From NCBI GenBank assembly GCA_040954595.2, contig CM082582.2, positions 13,937,381 through 14,001,380 of the forward strand: a stretch of DNA of 64,000 nt, given 5' to 3'. Made by a program: the position numbers and the translations under genes. Position 1 is the first letter of the stretch. Each line of letters begins with the position of its first letter. Under the pieces are notes generated by a model that was not told the origin of the DNA, did no database searches, and saw only the letters and a program-made list of their open reading frames with translations. The stretch comes from Balanoglossus misakiensis (lineage: Eukaryota; Animalia; Hemichordata). Positions 11,467 to 25,200 of the stretch are shown in pieces.

Positions 11467-14400
11467 CCAGCAACTTCGACCGGATTCACCGCGCCGTTAC
11501 GACCGGAAGTCGCCGCAACTTGGCCCGGATTCACCGCGCCGTTACCACCGGAAGTCGACGGCAACTTGGCCCAGATTCACCGCGCCGTTACGACCGGAAG
11601 TCGCCGGCAACTTTGCCCAGATTCACCGCGCCGTTACGACAGGAAGTCGCCGGCAACTTGGCCTAGTTTCACCGCGCCGTTACCACCGGAAGTCGCCGGC
11701 AACTTGGCCCGGATTCAAAGGAAGTCGCCATCAACTTGGCCCAGATTCACCACGCCGTTACCACAGGAAATCGCCGGCAACTTGGCCCAGATTCACCGCG
11801 CCGTTACGACAGGAAGTCGCCGGCAACTTGGCCCAGATTCACAGCGCCGTTACGACAGGAAGTCGCCGGCAACTTGGCCCATAATCACCGCGCCGTTACC
11901 ACCGGAAGTCGCCGGCAACTTGGCCCGGATTCACAGGAAGTCTCCGGCAACTTGGCCCAGATTCACCGCGCCGTTACGACAGGAAGTCGCCGGCAACTTG
12001 GCCCAGATTCACCACGCCGTTACGACCGGAAGTCGCCGCAACTTGGCCCGGATTCACAGGAAGTCGCCATCAACTTGGCCCAGATTCACCGCGCCGTTAC
12101 CACAGGAAGTCGCCGGCAACTTGGCCCAGATTCACCACGCCATTACGACCGGAAGTCGCCGGCAACTTGGCCCAGATTCACCGCGCCATTTTGACCGAAA
12201 GTCGCCAGCAACTTCGCCCGGATTCACCGCGCTGTTAAGACCGGAAGTCACCGCAACTTGGCCCGGATTCACCGCGCCGTTACCACCGGAAGTTGACGGC
12301 AACTTGGCCCAGATTCACCGCGCCGTTACGACCGGAAGTCGCCGGCAACTTTGCCCAGATTCACCGCGCCGTTACGACAGGAAGTCGCCGGCAACTTGGC
12401 CTAGTTTCACCGCGCCGATACCACCGGAAGTCGCCGGCAACTTGGCCCGGATTCACAGGAAGTCACCATCAACTTGGCCCAGATTCACCGCGCCGTTACC
12501 ACAGGAAGTCGCCGGCAACTTGGCCCAGATTCACCACGCCATTACGACCGGAAGTCGCCGGCAACTTTGCCCAGATTCACCGCGCCGTTACGACAGGAAG
12601 TCGCCGGCAACTTGGCCTAGTTTCACCGCGCCGATACCACCGGAAGTCGCCGGCAACTTGGCCCGGATTCACAGGAAGTCACCATCAACTTGGCCCAGAT
12701 TCACTGCGCCGTTACCACAGGAAGTCGCCGGCAACTTGGCCCAGATTCACCACGCCATTACGACCGGAAGTCGCCGGCAACTTGGCCCAGATTCACCGCG
12801 CCGTTACGACAGGAAGTCGCCGGCAACTTGGCCTAGTTTCACCGCGCCGATACCACCGGAAGTCGCCGGCAACTTGGCCCGGATTCACAGGAAGTCACCA
12901 TCAACTTGGCCCAGATTCACCGCGCCGTTACAACAGGAAATCGCCGGCAACTTGGCCCAGATTCACGGCGCCGTTACGACCGGAAGTCGCCGCAAATTGG
13001 CCCGGATTCACAGGAAGTCGCCATCAACTTGGCCCAGATTCACCGCGCCGTTACCACAGGAAGTCGCCGGCAACATGGCCCAGATTCACCACGCCATTAC
13101 GACCGGAAGTCGCCGGCAACTTGGCCCAGATTCACCGCGCCGTTACGACAGGAAGTCGCCGGCAACTTGGCCTAGTTTCACCGCGCCGTTACCACAGGAA
13201 GTCGCCGGCAACTTGGCCCAGATTCACCACGCCATTACGACCGGAAGTCGCCGGCAACTTGGCCCAGATTCACCGCGGCGTTACGACAGGAAGTCGCCGG
13301 CAACTTGGCCTAGTTTCACCGCGCCGATACCACCGGAAGTCGCCGGCAACTTGGCCCAGATTCACCACGCCATTACGACCGGAAGTCGCCGGCAACTTGG
13401 CCCAGATTCACCGCGGCGTTACGACAGGAAGTCGCCGGCAACTTGGCCTAGTTTCACCGCGCCGATACCACCGGAAGTCGCCGGCAACTTGGCCCGGATT
13501 CACAGGAAGTCACCATCAACTTGGCCCAGATTCACCGCACCGTTACCACAGGAAATCGCCGGCAACTTGGCCCAGATTCACCGCGCCGTTACGACCGGAA
13601 GTCGCCGCAACTTGGCCCAGATTCACCGCGCCGTTACCACCGGAAGTCGCCAGCAACTTGGCCGAGATTCACCGCGCCGTTACGACAGGAAGTCGCCGGC
13701 AACTTGGCCCAGATTCACCGCGCCGTTACCACCGGAAGTCGCCGGCAACTTGGCCCGGATTCACAGGAAGTCGCCATCAACTTGGCCCAGATTCACCGCG
13801 CCGTTACGACAGGAAGTCGCCGGCAACTTGGCCCAGATTCACCACGCCGTTACGACCGGAAGTCGCCGCAACTTGGCCCGGATTCACAGGAAGTCGCCAT
13901 CAACTTGGCCCAGATTCACCACGCCGTTACCACAGGAAGTCGCCGGCAACTTGGCCCAAATTCACCACGCCATTACGACCGGAAGTCGCCGGCAACTTGG
14001 CCCAGATTCACCGCGCCGTTATGACCGAAAATCGCCAGCAACTTCGCCCGGATTCACCGCGCCGTTACCACAGGAAATCGCCGGCAACTTGGCCCAGATT
14101 CACCGCGCCGTTACGACAGGAAGTCGCCGCCAACTTGGCCCAGATTCACCGCGCCGTTACCACCGGAAGTCGCCAGCAACTTGGCCGAGATTCACCGCGC
14201 CGTTACGACAGGAAGTCACCGGCAACTTGGCCCAGATTCACCGCGCCGTTACCACCGGAAGTCGCCGGCAACTTGGCCCGGATTCACAGGAAGTCGCCAT
14301 CAACTTGGCCCAGATTCACCGCGCCGTTACCACAGGAAATCGCCGGCAACTTGGCCCAGATTCACCGCACCGTTACGACCGGAAGTCGCCGCAACTTGGC

Positions 14401-17400
14401 CCGGATTCACAGGAAGTCGCCATCAACTTGGCCCAGATTCACCGCGCCGTTACCACAGGAAGTCGCCGGCAACTTGGCCCAGATTCACCACGCCATTACG
14501 ACCGGAAGTCGCCGGCAACTTGGCCCAGATTCACCGCGGCGTTACAACAGGAAGTCGCCGGCAACTTGGCCTAGTTTCACCGCGCCGATACCACCGGAAG
14601 TCGCCGGCAACTTGGCCCGGATTCACAGGAAGTCGCCATCAACTTGGCCCAGATTCACCGCGCCGTTACCACAGGAAATCGCCGGCAACTTGGCCCAGAT
14701 TCACCGCGCCGTTACGACCGGAAGTCACCGCAACTTGGCCCGGATTCACAGGAAGTCGCCATCAACTTGGCCCAGATTCACCGCGCCCTTACCACAGGAA
14801 GTCGCCGGCAACTTGGCCCAGATTCACCGAGCCATTACGACCGGAAGTCGCCATCAACTTGGCCCAGATTCACCGCGCCGTTACCACAGGAAGTCGCCGG
14901 CAACTTGGCCCAGATTCACCACGCCATTACGACCGGAAGTCGCCGGCAACTTGGCCCAGATTCACCGCGCCGTTATGACCGAAAGTCGCCAGCAACTTCG
15001 CCCGGATTCACCGCGCCGTTACGACCGGAAGTCGCCGCAACTTGGCCCGGATTCACCGCGCCGTTACCACCGGAAGTCGACGGCAACTTGGCCCGGATTC
15101 ACAGGAAGTCGCCATCAACTTGGCCCAGATTCACCGCGCCGTTACGACAGGAAGTCGCCGGCAACTTGGCCCAGATTCACCACGCCGTTACGACCGGAAG
15201 TCGCCGCAACTTGGCCCGGATTCACATGAAGTCGCCATCAACTTGGCCCAGATTCACCGCGCCGTTACCACCGGAAGTCGACGGCAACTTGGCCCGGATT
15301 CACAGGAAGTCGCCATCAACTTGGCCCAGATTCACCGCGCCGTTACGACAGGAAGTCGCCGGCAACTTGGCCCAGATTCACCACGCCGTTACGACCGGAA
15401 GTCGCCGCAACTTGGCCCGGATTCACAGGAAGTCGCCATCAACTTGGCCCAGATTCACCGCGCCGTTACCACAGGAAGTCGCCGGCAACTTGGCCCAGAT
15501 TCACCACGCCATTACGACCGGAAGTCGCCGGCCACTTTGCCCAGATTCACCGCGCCGTTATGACCGAAAGTCGCCAGCAACTTCGCCCGGATTCACCGCG
15601 CCGTTACGACTGGAAGTCGCCGCAACTTGGCCCGGATTCACCGCGCCGTTACGACCGGAAGTCGACGGCAACTTGGCCCAGATTCACCGCGCCGTTACGA
15701 CCGGAAGTCGCCGGCAACTTTGCCCAGATTCACCGCGCCGTTACGACAGGAAGTCGCCGGCAACTTGGCCTAGTTTCACCGCGCCGATACCACCGGAAGT
15801 CGCCGGCAACTTGGCCCGGATTCACAGGAAGTCACCATCAACTTGGCCCAGATTCACCGCGCCGTTACCACAGGAAATCGCCGGCAACTTGGCCCAGATT
15901 CACCGCGCCGTTACGACCGGAAGTCGCCGCAACTTGGCCCGGATTCACAGGAAGTCGCCATCAACTTGGCCCAGATTCACCGCGCCGTTACCACAGGAAG
16001 TCGCCGGCAACTTGGCCCAGATTCACCACGCCATTACGACCGGAAGTCGCCGGCAACTTGGCCCAGATTCACCGCGCCGTTACGACAGGAAGTCGCCGGC
16101 AACTTGGCCTAGTTTCACCGCGCCGATACCACCGGAAGTCGCCGGCAACTTGGCCAGGATTCACAGGAAGTCACCATCAACTTGGCCCAGATTCACCGCG
16201 CCGTTACCACAGGAAATCGCCGGAAACTTGGCCCAGATTCACCGCGCCGTTACGACCGGAAGTCGCCGCAACTTGGCCCGGATTCACAGGAAGTCGCCAT
16301 CAACTTGGCCCAGATTCACCGCGCCGTTACCACAGGAAGTCGCCGGCAACTTGGCCCAGATTCACCACGCCATTACGACCGGAAGTCGCCGGCAACTTGG
16401 CCCAGATTCACTGCGCCGTTATGACCGAAAGTCGCCAGAAACTTCGCCCGGATTCACCGCGCCGTTACGACAGGAAGTCGCCGGCAACTTGGCCCAGATT
16501 CACCGCGCCGTTACCACCGGAAGTCGCCGGCAACTTGGCCCATAATCACCGCGCCGTTACCACCGGAAGTCGCCGGCAACTTGGCCCAGATTCACCGCGC
16601 CGTTACGACCGGAAGTCGCCGCAACTTGGCCCGGATTCACAGGAAGTCGCCATCAACTTGGCCCAGATTCACCGCGCCTTTACCACAGGAAGTCGCCGGC
16701 AACTTGGCCCAGATTCACCGCGCCGTTACGACAGGAAGTCGCCGGCAACTTGGCCCAGATTCACCACGCCATTACGACCGGAAGTCGCCGGCAACTTGGC
16801 CCAGATTCACGAGCGCCGTTACGACAGGAAGTCGCCGGCAACTTGGCCCAGATTCACCGCGCCGTTACCACCGGAAGTCGCCGGCAACTTGGCCCGGATT
16901 CACAGGAAGTCGCCATCAACTTGGCCCAGATTCAGCGCGCCATTACGACAGGAAGTCGCCGCCAACTTGGCCCAGATTCAACGCGCCGTTACCACCGGAA
17001 GTCGCCAGCAACTTGGCCGAGATTCACCGCGCCGTTACGACAGGAAGTCGCCGGCAACTTGGCCCAGATTCACCGCGCCGTTACCACCGGAAGTCGCCGG
17101 CAACTTGGCCCGGATTCACAGGAAGTCGCCATCAACTTGGCCCAGATTCATCACGCCGTTACGACCGGAAGTCGCGGCAACTTGGCCCGGATTCACAGGA
17201 AGTCGCCATCAACTTGGCCCAGATTCACCGCGCCGTTACCACAGGAAGTCGCCGGCAACTTGGCCCAGATTCACCACGCCATTACGACCGGAAGTCGCCG
17301 GCAACTTGGCCCAGATTCACCGCGCCGTTATGACCGGAAGTCGCCAGCAACTTGGCCGAGATTCACCGCGCCGTTACGACAGGAAGTCGCCGGCAACTTG

Positions 17401-20400
17401 GCCCAGATTCACCGCGCCGTTACCACCGGAAGTCGCCGGAAACTTGGCCCGGATTCACAGGAAGTCGCCATCAACTTGGCCCAGATTCACCGCGCCGTTA
17501 CGACAGGAAGTCGCCGGCAACTTGGCCCAGATTCACCACGCCGTTACGACCGGAAGTCGCCGCAACTTGGCCCGGATTCACAGGAAGTCGCCATCAACTT
17601 GGCCCAGATTCACCGCGCCGTTACCACAGGAAGTCGCCGGCAACTTGGCCCAGATTCACCACGCCATTACGACCGGAAGTCGCCGGCAACTTGGCCCAGA
17701 TTCACCGCGCCGGTATGACCGAAAGTCGCCAGAAACTTCGCCCGGATTCACCGCGCCGTTACGACCGGAAGTCGCCGCAACTTGGCCCGGATTCACCGCG
17801 CCGTTACCACCGGAAGTCGACGGCAACTTGGCCCAGATTCACCGCGCCGTTACGACCGGAAGTCGCCGGCAACTTTGCCCAGATTCACCGCGCCGTTACG
17901 ACAGGAAGTCGCCGGCAACTTGGCCTAGTTTCACCGCGCCGATACCACCGGAAGGCGCCGGCAACTTGGCCCGGATTCACAGGAAGTCACCATCAACTTG
18001 GCCCAGATTCACCGCGCCGTTACCACAGGAAATCGCCGGCAACTTGGCCCAGATTCACCGCGCCGTTACGACCGGAAGTCGCCGCAACTTGGCCCGGATT
18101 CACAGGAAGTCGCCATCAACTTGGCCCAGATTCACCGCGCCGTTACCACAGGAAGTCGCCGGCAACTTGGCCCAGATTCACCACGCCATTACGACCGGAA
18201 GTCGCCGGCAACTTGGCCCAGATTCACCGCGCCGTTATGACCGAAAGTCGCCGGCAATTTTGCCCAGATTCACCGCGCCGTTACGACAGGAAGTCGCCGG
18301 CAACTTGGCCTAGTTTCACCGCGCCGTTACCACCGGAAGTCGCCGGCAACTTGGCCCAGATTCACCACGCCATTACGACCGGAAGTCGCCGCAACTTGGC
18401 CCGGATTCACAGGAAGTCGCCATCAACTTGGCCCAGATTCACCGCGCCGTTACCACAGGAAGTCGCCGGCAACTTGGCCCAGATTCACCACGCCATTACG
18501 ACCGGAAGTCGCCGGCAACTTGGCCCAGATTCACCGCGCCGGTATGACCGAAAGTCGCCAGAAACTTCGCCCGGATTCACCGCGCCGTTACGACCGGAAG
18601 TCGCCGCAACTTGGCCCGGATTCACCGCGCCGTTACCACCGGAAGTCGACGGCAACTTGGCCCAGATTCACCGCGCCGTTATGACCGGAAGTCGCCGGCA
18701 ACTTTGCCCAGATTCACCGCGCCGTTACGACAGGAAGTCGCCGGCAACTTGGCCTAGTTTCACCGCGCCGATACCACCGGAAGGCGCCGGCAACTTGGCC
18801 CGGATTCACAGGAAGTCACCATCAACTTGGCCCAGATTCACCGCGCCGTTACCACAGGAAATCGCCGGCAACTGGGCCCAGATTCACCGCGCCGTTACGA
18901 CCGGAAGTCGCCGCAACTTGGCCCGGATTCACAGGAAGTCGCCATCAACTTGGCCCAGATTCACCGCGCCGTTACCACAGGAAGTCGCCGGCAACTTGGC
19001 CCAGATTCACCACGCCATTACGACCGGAAGTCGCCGGCAACTTGGCCCAGATTCACCGCGCCGTTATGACCGAAAGTCGCCGGCAATTTTGCCCAGATTC
19101 ACCGCGCCGTTACGACAGGAAGTCGCCGGCAACTTGGCCTAGTTTCACCGCGCCGTTACCACCGGAAGTCGCCGGCAACTTGGCCCAGATTCACCACGCC
19201 ATTACGACCGGAAGTCGCCGGCAACTTGGCCTAGTTTCACCGCGCCGTTACCACCGGAAGTCGCCGGCAACTTGGCCCGGATTCACCGCGCCGTTACCAC
19301 AGGAAGTCGCCGGCAACTTGGTCCAGATTCACCTCGCCATTACGACCGGAAGTCACCGGCAAGTTGGCCCAGATTCACCGTGCCGTTACGACAGGAAGTC
19401 GCCGGCAACTTCGCCCAGATTCACCCCGCCGTTACCACCGGAAGTCGCCGGCAACTTGGCCCGGATTCACAGGAAGTCGCCATCAACTTGGCCCAGATTC
19501 ACCGCGCCGTTACCACAGGAAGTCGCCATCAACTTGGCCTAGATTCACAGGAAGTCGCCATCAACTTGGCCCAGATTCACCGCGCCGTTACCACAGGAAG
19601 TCGCCGGCAACTTGGCCAAGATTCACAGGAAGTCGCCATCAACTTGGCCCAGATTCACCCCGCCGTTACCACCGGAAGTCGCCATCAACTTGGCCAAGAT
19701 TCACAGGAAGTCGCCATCAACTTGGCCCAGATTCACCGCGCCGTTACCACCGGAAGTCGACGGCAACTTGGCCCAGATTCACCGCGCCGTTACGACCGGA
19801 AGTCGCCGGCAACTTTGCCCAGATTCACCGCGCCGTTACGACAGGAAGTCGCCGGCAACTTGGCCTAGTTTCACCGCGCCGATACCACCGGAAGGCGCCG
19901 GCAACTTGGCCCGGATTCACAGGAAGTCACCATCAACTTGGCCCAGATTCACCGCGCCGTTACCACAGGAAATCGCCGGCAACTTGGCCCAGATTCACCG
20001 CGCCGTTACGACAGGAAGTCGCCGCAACTTGGCCCGGATTCACAGGAAGTCGCCATCAACTTGGCCCAGATTCACCGCGCCGTTACCACAGGAAGTCGCC
20101 GGCAACTTGGCCCAGATTCACCACGCCATTACGACCGGAAGTCGCGGGCAACTTGGCCCAGATTCGCCGCGCCGTTATGACCGAAAGTCGCCGGCAACTT
20201 CGCCCGGATTCACCGCGCCGTTACGACCGGAAGTCGCCGCAACTTGGCCCGGATTCACCGCGCCGTTACCACCGGAAGTCGACGGCAACTTGGCCCAGAT
20301 TCACCGCGCCGTTATGACCGGAAGTCGCCGGCAACTTTGCCCAGATTCACCGCGCCGTTACGACAGGAAGTCGCCGGCAACTTGGCCTAGTTTCACCGCG

Positions 20401-22259
20401 CCGTTACCACCGGAAGTCGCCGGCAACTTGGCCCGGATTCAAAGGAAGTCGCCATCAACTTGGCCCAGATTCACCGCGCCGTTACGACAGGAAGTCGCCG
20501 GCAACTTGGCCTAGTTTCACCGCGCCGTTACCACCGGAAGTCGCCGGCAACTTGGCCCAGATTCACCACGCCATTACGACCGGAAGTCGCCGGCAACTTG
20601 GCCCATAATCACCGCGCCGTTACCACCGGAAGTCGCCGGCAACTTGGCCCAGATTCACCGCGCCGTTACCACAGGAAGTTGCCGGCAACTTCGCCCAGAT
20701 TCACCCCGCCGTTACCACCGGAAGTCGCCGGCAACTTGGCCCGGATTCACAGGAAGTCGCCATCAACTTGGCCCAGATTCACCGCGCCGTTACCACAGGA
20801 AGTCGCCATCAACTTGGCCTAGATTCACAGGAAGTCGCCATCAACTTGGCCCAGATTCACCGCGCCGTTACCACAGGAAGTCGCCGGCAACTTGGCCAAG
20901 ATTCACAGGAAGTCGCCATCAACTTGGCCCAGATTCACCCCGCCGTTACCACCGGAAGTCGCCATCAACTTGGCCAAGATTCACAGGAAGTCGCCATCAA
21001 CTTGGCCCAGATTCACCGCGCCGTTACCACCGGAAGTCGACGGCAACTTGGCCCAGATTCACCGCGCCAATACGACCGGAAGTCGCCGGCAACTTTGCCC
21101 AGATTCACCGCGCCGTTACGACAGGAAGTCGCCGGCAACTTGGCCTAGTTTCACCGCGCCGATACCACCGGAAGGCGCCGGCAACTTGGCCCGGATTCAC
21201 AGGAAGTCACCATCAACTTGGCCCAGATTCACCGCGCCGTTACCACAGGAAATCGCCGGCAACTTGGCCCAGATTCACCGCGCCGTTACGACAGGAAGTC
21301 GCCGCAACTTGGCCCGGATTCACAGGAAGTCGCCATCAACTTGGCCCAGATTCACCGCGCCGTTACCACAGGAAGTCGCCGGCAACTTGGCCCAGATTCA
21401 CCACGCCATTACGACCGGAAGTCGCGGGCAACTTGGCCCAGATTCGCCGCGCCGTTATGACCGAAAGTCGCCGGCAACTTCGCCCGGATTCACCGCGCCG
21501 TTACGACCGGAAGTCGCCGCAACTTGGCCCGGATTCACCGCGCCGTTACCACCGGAAGTCGACGGCAACTTGGCCCAGATTCACCGCGCCGTTATGACCG
21601 GAAGTCGCCGGCAACTTTGCCCAGATTCACCGCGCCGTTACGACAGGAAGTCGCCGGCAACTTGGCCTAGTTTCACCGCGCCGTTACCACCGGAAGTCGC
21701 CGGCAACTTGGCCCGGATTCAAAGGAAGTCGCCATCAACTTGGCCCAGATTCACCGCGCCGTTACCACAGGAAATCGCCGGCAACTTGGCCCAGATTCAC
21801 CGCGCCGTTACGACAGGAAGTCGCCGGCAACTTGGCCCAGATTCACCGCGCCGTTACGACAGGAAGTCGCCGGCAACTTGGCCCATAATCACCGCGCCGT
21901 TACCACCGGAAGTCGCCGGCAACTTGGCCCAGATTCACCGCGCCGTTACCACAGGAAGTTGCCGGCAACTTGGCCCAGATTCACCGTGCCGTTACGACCG
22001 GAAGTCGCCGCAACTTGGCCCGGATTAACAGGAAGTCTCCGGCAACTTGGCCCAGATTCACCGCGCCGTTACCACAGGAAGTCGCCGGCAACTTGGCCCA
22101 GATTCACCACGCCATTACGACCGGAAGTCGCCGGCAACTTGGCCCAGATTCACCGCGCCGTTATGACCGAAAGTCGCCGGCAACTTCGCCCGGATTCACA
22201 GGAAGTCGCCATCAACTTGGCCCAGATTCACCGCGCCGTTACCACAGGAAGTCGCCGGC

Positions 22260-25200
22260 AAGTTGGCCCAGATTCACCGTGCCGTTACGACAGGAAGTCG
22301 CCGGCAACTTGGCCCAGATTCACCCCGCCGTTACCACCGGAAGTCGCCGGCAACTTGGCCCGGATTCACAGGAAGTCGCCATCAACTTGGCCCAGATTCA
22401 CCGCGCCGTTACCACAGGAAGTCGCCATCAACTTGGCCAAGATTCACAGGAAGTCGCCATCAACTTGGCCCAGATTCACCGCGCCGTTACCACAGGAAGT
22501 CGCCGGCAACTTGGCCAAGATTCACAGGAAGTCGCCATCAACTTGGCCCAGATTCACCCCGCCGTTACCACCGGAAGTCGCCATCAACTTGGCCAAGATT
22601 CACAGGAAGTCGCCATCAACTTGGCCCAGATTCACCGCGCCGTTACCACAGGAAGTCGCCGGCAACTTGGTCCAGATTCACCACGCCATTACGACCGGAA
22701 GTCACCGGCATGTTGGCCCAGATTCACCGTGCCGTTACGACAGGAAGTCGCCGGCAACTTGGCCCAGATTCACCCCGCCGTTACCACCGGAAGTCGCCGG
22801 CAACTTGGCCCGGATTCACAGGAAGTCGCCATCAACTTGGCCCAGATTCACCGCGCCGTTACCACAGGAAGTCGCCATCAACTTGGCCAAGATTCACAGG
22901 AAGTCGCCATCAACTTGGCCCAGATTCACCGCGCCGTTACCACAGGAAGTCGCCGGCAACTTGGCCAAGATTCACAGGAAGTCGCCATCAACTTGGCCCA
23001 GATTCACCCCGCCGTTACCACCGGAAGTCGCCATCAACTTGGCCAAGATTCACAGGAAGTCGCCATCAACTTGGCCCAGATTGACCGCGCCGTTACCACA
23101 GGAAGTCGCCGGCAACTTGGCCCGGATTCACAGGAAGTCGCCATCAACTTGGCCCAGATTCACCGCGCCGTTACCACAGGAAGTCGCCATCAACTTGGCC
23201 AAGATTCACAGGAAGTCGCCATCAACTTGGCCCAGATTCACCGCGCCGTTACCACAGGAAGTCGCCGGCAACTTGGCCAAGATTCACAGGAAGTCGCCAT
23301 CAACTTGGCCCAGATTCACCCCGCCGTTACCACCGGAAGTCGCCATCAACTTGGCCAAGATTCACAGGAAGTCGCCATCAACTTGGCCCAGATTCACCGC
23401 GCCGTTACCACAGGAAGTCGCCGGCAACTTGGTCCAGATTCACCACGCCATTACGACCGGAAGTCACCGGCATGTTGGCCCAGATTCACCGTGCCGTTAC
23501 GACAGGAAGTCGCCGGCAACTTGGCCCAGATTCACCCCGCCGTTACCACCGGAAGTCGCCGGCAACTTGGCCCGGATTCACAGGAAGTCGCCATCAACTT
23601 GGCCCAGATTCACCGCGCCGTTACCACAGGAAGTCGCCATCAACTTGGCCAAGATTCACAGGAAGTCGCCATCAACTTGGCCCAGATTCACCGCGCCGTT
23701 ACCACAGGAAGTCGCCGGCAACTTGGCCAAGATTCACAGGAAGTCGCCATCAACTTGGCCCAGATTCACCCCGCCGTTACCACCGGAAGTCGCCATCAAC
23801 TTGGCCAAGATTCACAGGAAGTCGCCATCAACTTGGCCCAGATTCACCGCGCCGTTACCACAGGAAGTCGCCGGCAACTTGGTCCAGATTCACCACGCCA
23901 TTACGACCGGAAGTCACCGGCAAGTTGGCCCAGATTCACCGTGCCGTTACGACAGGAAGTCGCCGGCAACTTGGCCCAGATTCACCCCGCCGTTACCACC
24001 GGAAGTCGCCGGCAACTTGGCCCGGATTCACAGGAAGTAACCATCAACTTGGCCCAGATTCACCGCGCCGTTACCACAGGAAATCGCCGGCAACTTGGCC
24101 CAGATTCACCGCGCCGTTACGACCGGAAGTCGCCGCAACTTGGCCCGGATTCACAGGAAGTCGCCATCAACTTGGCCCAGATTCACCGCGCCGTTACCAC
24201 AGGAAGTCGCCGGCAACTTGGCCCAGATTCACCACGCCATTACGACCGGAAGTCGCGGGCAACTTGGCCCAGATTCGCCGCGCCGTTATGACCGAAAGTC
24301 GCCGGCAACTTCGCCCGGATTCACCGCGCCGTTACGACCGGAAGTCGCCGCAACTTGGCCCGGATTCACCGCGCCGTTACCACCGGAAGTCGACGGCAAC
24401 TTGGCCCAGATTCACCGCGCCGTTACGACCGGAAGTCGCCGGCAACTTTGCCCAGATTCACCGCGCCGTTACGACAGGAAGTCGCCGGCAACTTGGCCTA
24501 GTTTCACCGCGCCGTTACCACCGGAAGTCGCCGGCAACTTGGCCCGGATTCAAAGGAAGTCGCCATCAACTTGGCCCAGATTCACCGCGCCGTTACCACA
24601 GGAAATCGCCGGCAACTTGGCCCAGATTCACCGCGCCGTTACGACAGGAAGTCGCCGGCAACTTCGCCCGGATTCACCGCGCCTAACCCTAACCCTAACC
24701 CTAACCCCAGGAAATCGCCGGCAACTTGGCCCAGATTCACCGCGCCGTTACGAAAGGAAGTCGCCGGCAACTTGGCCCAGATTCACCGCGCCGTTACGAC
24801 AGGAAGTCGCCGGCAACTTGGCCCATAATCACCGCGCCGTTACCACCGGAAGTCGCCGGCAACTTGGCCCAGATTCACCGTGCCGTTACGACCGGAAGTC
24901 GCCGCAACTTGGCCCGGATTAACAGGAAGTCTCCGGCAACTTGGCCCAGATTCACCGCGCCGTTACCACAGGAAGTCGCCGGCAACTTGGCCCAGATTCA
25001 CCACGCCTTTACGACCGGAAGTCGCCGGCAACTTGGCCCAGATTCACCGCGCCGTTATGACCGAAAGTCGCCAGAAACTTCGCCCGGATTCACCGCGCCG
25101 TTACGACCGGAAGTCGCCGCAACTTGGCCCGGATTCACCGCGCCGTTACCACCGGAAGTCGACGGCAACTTGGCCCAGATTCACCGCGCCGTTACGACCG

